Assembly (NCBI GenBank): GCA_030833685.1
Contig: JAURGS010000001.1
Location: 1 to 41,573, forward strand
From: Rhodoferax sp.
GTDB lineage: Bacteria; Pseudomonadota; Gammaproteobacteria; Burkholderiales; Burkholderiaceae_C
Length of the DNA stretch: 41,573 nucleotides
Direction: 5' to 3'
The notes beneath the pieces are model-generated. The model did not search any database. It saw only the letters and a program-made list of their open reading frames with translations, and had not been told where the DNA came from. Made by a program: the position numbers and the translations under genes. Below, in pieces: positions 19,296 through 25,808 of this stretch (within the stretch, counting starts at the first letter, position 1; each line of letters begins with the position of its first letter).

Positions 19296-20099
19296 TCAGT
19301 AGTGGATGCTGCCGGGTGCGCCGCCTCCAAGGGCGATAGCGTCACCGTTGATGGCGCGCGCACGTGGCGAGCACAGAAAGGCGATCACGTCGGCCACTTC
19401 GGCAGCATCGAGCAAGTGGTGAATGCTGTTGCGCTGGGCCATCTGGGCCTCCACGTCCCTGGCGCTTAAGCCCTGTGCTGCAGCCCGGTTTTCAATGAGC
19501 GCGGCTGTGCGCTCGGTGCGGGTTTGTCCCGGGTGCACCACCAACACATGAATGCCAAATGGACCGAGCTCGTCAGCCATGTTCTTGCTCAGGGCGCTGA
19601 GCGCCACATTGCGCACGCTACCCACAGCGTTACCGGTTTGTCGGGCTGCCAGGCCGCTGATATTGATGATTCGGCCCCAGCCCTGCGCCTTCATGCCGCC
19701 GATGACTTGCTGCGCACAGCGCAGATAGCCCATTACTTTGATGTTCAATTCCTGATGAAAAAAAGACGAGGAAATCTCCAATGTGCCTGGGGGTGGTCCA
19801 TAGCCAGCGGGCTCAGCGGCAGCGTTGACCAGAATGTCGATGTTCCCACCCAGCTGAGAAACTGCCTGAGCGAATGCATGGCGGACTTCATCGTCGCGGC
19901 TGGTATCGGCACGAACCGTGACGACCGGGTGCGCGCTGGCCTGACTAATCTCCAATGCGGCGCGTTGCAGGGGGCCGTCTTGTCGCGCCAGAATGGCCAC
20001 CTGAACACCTTCTTGCGCCAGCGCTAGCGCGACTGCTTTGCCAATGCCACGGCTGCCGCCACTGATGAGTGCGCGCTTGCCTGCGAGTTGAAGATCCAT
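19296..20099 (-). CDS. Short-chain dehydrogenase/reductase, atypical active site
   Basis: SGGSRGIG, DILVNAA, GRIINISG and VHPG motifs; no YxxxK. Start at MDLQLAGK (20099). Confidence 0.85.
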   Translation of the reverse strand: MDLQLAGKRALISGGSRGIGKAVALALAQEGVQVAILARQDGPLQRAALEISQASAHPVVTVRADTSRDDEVRHAFAQAVSQLGGNIDILVNAAAEPAGYGPPPGTLEISSSFFHQELNIKVMGYLRCAQQVIGGMKAQGWGRIINISGLAARQTGNAVGSVRNVALSALSKNMADELGPFGIHVLVVHPGQTRTERTAALIENRAAAQGLSARDVEAQMAQRNSIHHLLDAAEVADVIAFLCSPRARAINGDAIALGGGAPGSIHY

Positions 20100-20137
20100 G
20101 GATGTTTCCTGGTATTTGGGCTGGTTCGGGTGAGGCT

Positions 20138-21247
20138 TTAAAAGTTCGCCCCGCGCATGACCCGCCATGACTGAAGACGAAGTGCAAGAACGGCACCGGC
20201 CAGGATGCCAGCCAGCGCGATGACGCTGATCACGCTCAGGGTAGATATGCCAGAGAGTCCCTGGCCCACAGTACAGCCGCCCGCAGTGATGCCACCGATG
20301 CCCATGCAGATCGCACCGATGACGTGCGAGCCGGTGTCGCGCACACTGTGCAGGCCTTCCCAGCGAAAAGAGCCGCTTCGCAGGGCCTGCAGGGCAGCAC
20401 CGACGATCACACCGGCCACCAGAGTAGTGCCATAGCCAAAGCGGCTTTCGGTGCTTAGTGCCTCCAGTGTGCGCGCAGACGGACCGACAAAGCTCAGCGC
20501 CTCGAAAGACTGGCCGGAGCCGATCAGGTAACTGGCCTCCAGAGTCTGCGGGTGCTCTTGCACCAGACCCAGCGACCCGCTAATCCACCACATCAACACC
20601 AGGCACAGCCCGATGCCCAGCCCGCCCATCACGCTGGCGCGGTCCTGCCGGAACGATCTGGAACGCAAGACCCAAGCCAGGAGCGCACCAGCAATCAGAA
20701 GGCTGAGCAGCAGCCCAGATCTCGCCAGATCCAGGCCCACGGCCTGCGCCAGCCAGCTTGGCAACAAGCTGTTGATGTCGGTGATTTGGACTTGGTCGAC
20801 GCTGCGATTGCGCCAATCCATCAGAAAGCCGCGCGATGTGATCTGTGCGCTGGCGCCCATGACCACAAAGACCAGCAATGCTTTGAAACTGCCCGCGCCC
20901 AGCCGCAATAAAGTCTTGCTGGCACAGCCCGAGGCCAGCACCATGCCAAACCCAAATAAAAGCCCGCCACACAGGGCAGAAAGCCACAACAGGCGGTGCA
21001 CCGAATAGACCGAATCCGCAGGCTCGATCTGGCCTGACCACGCCAAGCCCCAAAATCCCAGCATGGCTACGGCAATCGCTAAGGCCCACATGCGCATGCG
21101 GGTCCAGTCGCCCATATTGACAATGTCGCTGACGGCACCCATGGTGCAGAAATGGGATTTTTGGGTGACCCAGCCAAAAACGACCGCCAGCACAAAACTC
21201 AGCACCAGAAGGAGCTGCTGCAGGTCATGAAACTCGGCCAGCGACAT
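20138..21247 (-). CDS. YeeE/YedE (TsuA-like) sulfur-compound transporter
   Basis: FCTMGA, GMVLASGC and GGCTVGQG conserved Cys motifs; polytopic membrane protein. Confidence 0.9.
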   Translation of the reverse strand: MSLAEFHDLQQLLLVLSFVLAVVFGWVTQKSHFCTMGAVSDIVNMGDWTRMRMWALAIAVAMLGFWGLAWSGQIEPADSVYSVHRLLWLSALCGGLLFGFGMVLASGCASKTLLRLGAGSFKALLVFVVMGASAQITSRGFLMDWRNRSVDQVQITDINSLLPSWLAQAVGLDLARSGLLLSLLIAGALLAWVLRSRSFRQDRASVMGGLGIGLCLVLMWWISGSLGLVQEHPQTLEASYLIGSGQSFEALSFVGPSARTLEALSTESRFGYGTTLVAGVIVGAALQALRSGSFRWEGLHSVRDTGSHVIGAICMGIGGITAGGCTVGQGLSGISTLSVISVIALAGILAGAVLALRLQSWRVMRGANF

Positions 21248-21373
21248 AAAAGGATTCTAGGTTGGGGCCTTGGCGCCAAGTCCTTGACCTTGATACGTGC
21301 TTGACAGCCTACGTCTTCGATAATGTCGACACACTGTGTTTGTGACGTGTTTACCCTCTACTCTGTTGATCTC

Positions 21374-21733
21374 ATGACATTGCAAAGCTTTTGGACCCAA
21401 TATTGGCCCTTGGTGCTGATCGTGGCCTGGTTTGGCTACAAACTGTGGAACACACGGCGCGTTCGCGCCATGCTGCCGCGCCTGCGCCAGTCGGGTGCTG
21501 TGTTAATCGATGTGCGCACAGCCGGCGAATTCGCCGGCGGGCATGCCCCGGACAGCATCAATATTCCCCTGGCTGAACTGGGCTCGCGCTTGTCAGAGGT
21601 GCCACGGGGCGTGCCCCTGGTGCTGTGTTGTGCCAGTGGCAGCCGCAGTGGCATGGCCAAGATGCTGTTGCGCCGTCACGGCTACAAACCGGTGTACAAC
21701 ATCGGCAACTGGGGTCACCTGCTGACAACGTGA
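21374..21733 (+). CDS. Membrane-anchored single-domain rhodanese
   Basis: N-terminal TM helix, IDVRTAGEFAGGH, active loop CCASGSRS. Confidence 0.88.
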   Translation: MTLQSFWTQYWPLVLIVAWFGYKLWNTRRVRAMLPRLRQSGAVLIDVRTAGEFAGGHAPDSINIPLAELGSRLSEVPRGVPLVLCCASGSRSGMAKMLLRRHGYKPVYNIGNWGHLLTT

Positions 21734-21741
21734 GGCGGCAT

Positions 21742-22908
21742 TCAGGCCGACAGGCCTTGCATCAGTGCGTAAAGGTCAGACTTCCCCTCAAACCCAATAC
21801 CAGGCAACTCAGGCAAGGTCACAAAGCCATCCTCGACCCGCACGCCATCCGGAAATCCGCCGAAAGGTTGGAACAAGTCGGGGTAAGACTCGTTGCCCCC
21901 AAGGCCCAGTCCCGCTGCGATGTTCAAAGACATCTGGTGCCCGCCGTGGGGTACGCAGCGGCTGGCAGACCAGCCATGTTGTTTGAGCATGTCTAACGTT
22001 CGCAGGTACTCCACTAAGCCATAGCTCAGAGCACAGTCGAATTGCAGCCAGTCTCGATCGGCGCGCATGCCACCGTAGCGGATCAGGTTGCGCGCATCCT
22101 GCATGGAAAACAGGTTCTCACCAGTGGCCATGGGCTTGGGGTAGTAGTTGCGCAGCGCCGCTTGCAGCTCGAAATCCAATGGGTCACCGGGCTCCTCGTA
22201 CCAGAACAAGTCGTACTGTGACAGGGCCTTGGCGTAGGCGATAGCGGTGTCCAGGTCAAAGCGGCCGTTGGCATCGACTGCCAGTTTCTGGCCATCTTGC
22301 AAGACACTGAGCACGGAGTCGATGCGCCGCAGATCCTCACCAAGGTCGGCGCCGCCGATCTTTTTTTTCACCACCGCGTAGCCGCGATCGATGTAACTGC
22401 GCATCTCGTCTTTGAGCTGGCTATGGTCTTGGCCCGGGTAGTAGTAGCCCCCTGCGGCATAGACGAACACCTTGGGGTTGGCCGGTGCATCGCCATAGTG
22501 CTCAGCCAAGTAACGAAACAAGGGCTTTTCGGCAATCTTGGCTGTGGCATCCCAGAGGGCCATATCAATCGTTCCCATGGCCACCGATCGCTCACCGTGA
22601 CCGCCTGGTTTTTCATTGGTGAACATGCAAGCCCAGACCTTGTGAGGATCGAGATTGCTGGCGTCTTCCAAGAGAAGGCTTTCCTCGCTGGCCTCAAGCA
22701 CCCTGGGGATAAATCGCTCCCGCATGAGTTGCCCTTGGCCATAACGACCGTTGGAGTTAAAGCCGTAGCCCACCACCGGTTTGCCGTCACGGATGACGTC
22801 GGTGATAACCGCCACCAAGCTCAAAGTCATCTTGCTGAAATCGATGTACGCATTGCGAATCGGCGAGCTGATGGGAAAGGTTTTTTCGCGGATGTCCACG
22901 ATTCTCAT
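21742..22908 (-). CDS. tarD: D-tartrate dehydratase-like enzyme (mandelate racemase/enolase superfamily)
   Basis: ISSPIRNAYIDF, GFNSNGRYGQG, NEKPGGHGERS, ATGENLFS, PHGGHQMSL and GNESYP closely match Bradyrhizobium TarD as I recall it; start at MRIVDIRE (22908). Confidence 0.85.
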   Translation of the reverse strand: MRIVDIREKTFPISSPIRNAYIDFSKMTLSLVAVITDVIRDGKPVVGYGFNSNGRYGQGQLMRERFIPRVLEASEESLLLEDASNLDPHKVWACMFTNEKPGGHGERSVAMGTIDMALWDATAKIAEKPLFRYLAEHYGDAPANPKVFVYAAGGYYYPGQDHSQLKDEMRSYIDRGYAVVKKKIGGADLGEDLRRIDSVLSVLQDGQKLAVDANGRFDLDTAIAYAKALSQYDLFWYEEPGDPLDFELQAALRNYYPKPMATGENLFSMQDARNLIRYGGMRADRDWLQFDCALSYGLVEYLRTLDMLKQHGWSASRCVPHGGHQMSLNIAAGLGLGGNESYPDLFQPFGGFPDGVRVEDGFVTLPELPGIGFEGKSDLYALMQGLSA

Positions 22909-23167
22909 GCTAAGTTTCTCCGAGTTTTTTGGCTGTCTGTGCAGGTCACATGCCAGCACAAAGGGGAAATTTCAATTAACGGTTTTGGCCTGTACGCTGT
23001 GCGGGGGGCGCCGGATTGGCCTGTCACCCCGTGCGCTTAGCCACAGCAGGCAGTCAAGCTTATGCGTCGCGAGTCCGCGCGTAATGCAACAGGGCCGCGA
23101 TCTTAGGTTAAAAACAGGGCCTTGCTCGTTCGCGTCAATTAGACCGTGGGCCCATTTGGAGATAGCC

Positions 23168-23851
23168 ATGGCGAAAACGCAGAAGCAGCGTCGAGGTTTG
23201 CTGATCAAGGGTGGCCAACTGGCTTTATTGGGGGCCGGAGGTTTGTCAGCCTGGATTCAAAACGTTCTGGCGCTGGGCGTGGTGTACCTACCTGCGGGAA
23301 TTTACAAGCTGCAAGGGGATGTTCAAATCAACGGCCAGCCCGCGCGCGAGGGCTCGCCAGTGCGCGCCGGCGACACGGTGCGCACCGGCCCTGGGGCCCA
23401 GGCGATTTATGTCATTGGCAAGGACGCCTTCTTACAGCGTGGGGATAGCGCGGTGCAGTTCGGTAACGACGCCAGCAAAGACTTCTTGCGGGTCATCAGC
23501 GGCAGATTGTTGTCGGTTTTTGGCAGCGGCCAAAAGACGCTGCTAACGCCCACGGCGACCATGGGAATCCGGGGCACGGGTTGTTACATCGAGGTGCAGG
23601 AGACGGAGGTGTATTTTTGCCTGTGTTACGGCCGGGTCAACCTCGTTCCGCTGGCTGACCCGAGCCAGGCCACTGAGATTGAAACCACGCATCATGATCA
23701 TCCGCTGAAAATTTACCGCGGCTCGGGGATGCCGGTGATGGTTGATGCCAGTGTGATCAACCACACGGATGCTGAGTTGATCATGCTGGAGACCTTGACA
23801 GGTCGGCGTCCGCCGTTTGTTCGCGCCGACGGCACTGGGCCGAGATACTGA
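23168..23851 (+). CDS. Stand-alone FecR-domain protein with Tat-like signal
   Basis: GGAGA RBS; KQRRGLL plus a hydrophobic helix; GDTVRTG and TPTATMGIRGT FecR-type motifs; Cys/His-rich tail. Confidence 0.72.
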   Translation: MAKTQKQRRGLLIKGGQLALLGAGGLSAWIQNVLALGVVYLPAGIYKLQGDVQINGQPAREGSPVRAGDTVRTGPGAQAIYVIGKDAFLQRGDSAVQFGNDASKDFLRVISGRLLSVFGSGQKTLLTPTATMGIRGTGCYIEVQETEVYFCLCYGRVNLVPLADPSQATEIETTHHDHPLKIYRGSGMPVMVDASVINHTDAELIMLETLTGRRPPFVRADGTGPRY

Positions 23852-23853
23852 AT

Positions 23854-23883
23854 CTCAAGCCTCTCTTCAAAGAGAGGCTTGAG
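23854..23883. terminator. Perfect inverted repeat between convergent genes (probable bidirectional terminator)
   Basis: CTCAAGCCTCTCTT-CA-AAGAGAGGCTTGAG with 14-bp arms, between the FecR-like gene stop and the guaC stop; no long U tract. Confidence 0.65.
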
Positions 23884-23902
23884 CCCCGGCGCGTGCCAAT
23901 AC

Positions 23903-24880
23903 CTACATCAACAAGTGTTCACCCGCGTTGTCGCCGCCGAGCGTGACGTAATTCACTTTGCGAATGTCAAACAGCTTTCGTCCGCCCGCATAGCTGATTG
24001 AGCTTTGAACATCCTGCTCCATCTCGATCAGGGTGTCGGCGAGCTTGCCCTTGATGGGCTCCAGAATCCGCTTGCCTTCCACATGGCGGTATTCGCCCTT
24101 GTTGTAGTCGCTGGCTGAGCCGTAATATTCTTTGAACAATCCACCGTCTACTTCAACGGTTTTGCCGGGGCTTTCTTCATGGCCCGCAAACAGGGACCCA
24201 ATCATCACCATGGTGGCCCCAAAACGAATGCTTTTGGCGATATCGCCGTGGTCGCGGATACCACCATCGGCGATGATGGGCTTGGTGGCAACCCGGGCAC
24301 ACCATTTCACCGCGCTGAGTTGCCAGCCACCAGTGCCAAAGCCAGTTTTGAGTTTGGTGATGCAGACTTTGCCGGGCCCCACGCCCACTTTGGTGGCATC
24401 GGCGCCCCAGTTCTCCAGGTCGATCACGGCCTCTGGCGTGGCGACGTTGCCAGCGATGATGAAGCTACCGGGCAGCTTTTGCTTGATGTAGCCGATCATT
24501 TCCTTGACGCTGTCGCTGTGACCATGCGCAATGTCGATCGTCACGTACTCGGGGGTCAGGCCGAGCGCCACCAGTTTGTCCACGGTGTCGCGGTCGGGCT
24601 GTTTGACGCCCAATGAAATGGACGCATAAAGGCCTCTGGCATGCATGTCACGGACAAATTTGACATTGTCCAAGTCAAACCGATGCATCACATAAAAGTA
24701 GTTGTTTTGCGCCAGCCAAATACAAATGGCTTCGTCGACCACGGTTTTCATATTTGCCGGCACCACCGGCAAACGGAAATGACGCGGGCCCAGTTGCACC
24801 GACGCATCGCATTCGGATCGGCTCTCCACCCGACACTTGCGGGGCAGCAGGAGAATGTTGTCGTAGTCAAAGATTTCCAT
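23903..24880 (-). CDS. guaC: GMP reductase (short Bacillus-type)
   Basis: [45 protein letters not shown] and ADGGIR motifs; ATG at 24880. Confidence 0.95.
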   Translation of the reverse strand: MEIFDYDNILLLPRKCRVESRSECDASVQLGPRHFRLPVVPANMKTVVDEAICIWLAQNNYFYVMHRFDLDNVKFVRDMHARGLYASISLGVKQPDRDTVDKLVALGLTPEYVTIDIAHGHSDSVKEMIGYIKQKLPGSFIIAGNVATPEAVIDLENWGADATKVGVGPGKVCITKLKTGFGTGGWQLSAVKWCARVATKPIIADGGIRDHGDIAKSIRFGATMVMIGSLFAGHEESPGKTVEVDGGLFKEYYGSASDYNKGEYRHVEGKRILEPIKGKLADTLIEMEQDVQSSISYAGGRKLFDIRKVNYVTLGGDNAGEHLLM

Positions 24881-24966
24881 GATCAAGCGTCTTTCCAATG
24901 GCAGGTGAAAAAGAGAGCGCTTGGACTGCTGCCGGTTTTGCTGCTGCAGGTCAATTGTCTGCGGGC

Positions 24967-25000
24967 AAAAAAAACCGGGCTGCAATGGCTTGGGCCCGGT
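24967..25000 (-). terminator. Intrinsic terminator upstream of guaC
   Basis: Minus strand ACCGGGC-13 nt loop-GCCCGGT running into a T8 tract (24974-24967). Confidence 0.7.
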
Positions 25001-25005
25001 GCCTG

Positions 25006-25011
25006 ATTCTA
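25006..25011 (-). promoter_or_regulatory. Candidate sigma70 -10 box (TAGAAT) for the guaC leader
   Basis: TAGAAT 5 nt upstream of the terminator 5' arm; the same hexamer precedes yeeE and the glyA leader. No clear -35 at canonical spacing. Confidence 0.5.
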
Positions 25012-25054
25012 GCCGCTTGGCAAGAGCCTGTTTTCCGCGCCCTGGGAGGTCGGG

Positions 25055-25792
25055 CTAAGGGTTTGTCGGGCAGCTGGCATGGGCCAGCCCGATCACTTGG
25101 CCTTGGGGCGTCTGCAGCCAGGCCACCAGCTCTGTGCGATCGGGCTGCATGCCCTCGGGCATGCTCATGGCTCTGAGCTCTGCGGCGTGCCAGGCCCCAT
25201 CCTTCTTCTGAAAGTTTGGTTGGCCCCAGGTTTGCTGCAGCACATTGCGCACAAGTCGGCGCTCAATTGGGGAGCCCTCGGCTCCGGCGCTCAGGCGCTC
25301 GATCATCAAGACCCAAAGGTCGAGCCGTGGCCAGGGCAGTTTGTCCTGCTGAATCGTCAGATCGATCGTTATTCCTCGGTAGGGGCCCACAGCAACACCA
25401 AAGCTGATACTGAGATCAAGTTTTTCATTCCGGTGCACAGGGGTATCGACTTGAATCTGCGTCAGCACTGGCTTGGCGCCAGTATGTTGGAGTCGCTCCA
25501 GCGCTTGGCTTGACTCAGCAGCCGATAAAGGGGCGTTGTCGCCTTTTGGGCTAGGGACGATCCAGTCCAGACTCAAGCCAGGCACCTCGCCACTGGCAGC
25601 GTGCGCACTCTGCCAGCAGGATTCACAGTCTGCACTGATAAAGCGTTCATGCAGGGCTTGCGGCCCCTTGACTGAGCTGCCTTGACACACCGCCTGGGCA
25701 TGGACGCTTTGCATCAGGACAATGCTCGTCAATGTGCTAATCCAGACGGCCACACGGGCTGGCAGGCTAGGTTGATTCGCTCGAATAGGCAC
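25055..25792 (-). CDS. Exported CxxC protein (DUF1223/thioredoxin-like)
   Basis: Signal peptide ending VHA-QA; ERFISADCESCW resembles the DUF1223 ELFTSxGCxSCP pattern; NVL and LVAWLQ C-terminal motifs. Start uncertain. Confidence 0.6.
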   Translation of the reverse strand: MPIRANQPSLPARVAVWISTLTSIVLMQSVHAQAVCQGSSVKGPQALHERFISADCESCWQSAHAASGEVPGLSLDWIVPSPKGDNAPLSAAESSQALERLQHTGAKPVLTQIQVDTPVHRNEKLDLSISFGVAVGPYRGITIDLTIQQDKLPWPRLDLWVLMIERLSAGAEGSPIERRLVRNVLQQTWGQPNFQKKDGAWHAAELRAMSMPEGMQPDRTELVAWLQTPQGQVIGLAHASCPTNP

Positions 25793-25808
25793 TTCCTACA
25801 ATCCTCGT

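Noticed and set aside
21284-21324. TTGACC/TTGATA/TTGACA repeats as a sigma70 -35 or FNR box
   Set aside because: Spacing to the GATAAT hexamer is not 16-18 bp, and there is no ATCAA half-site.
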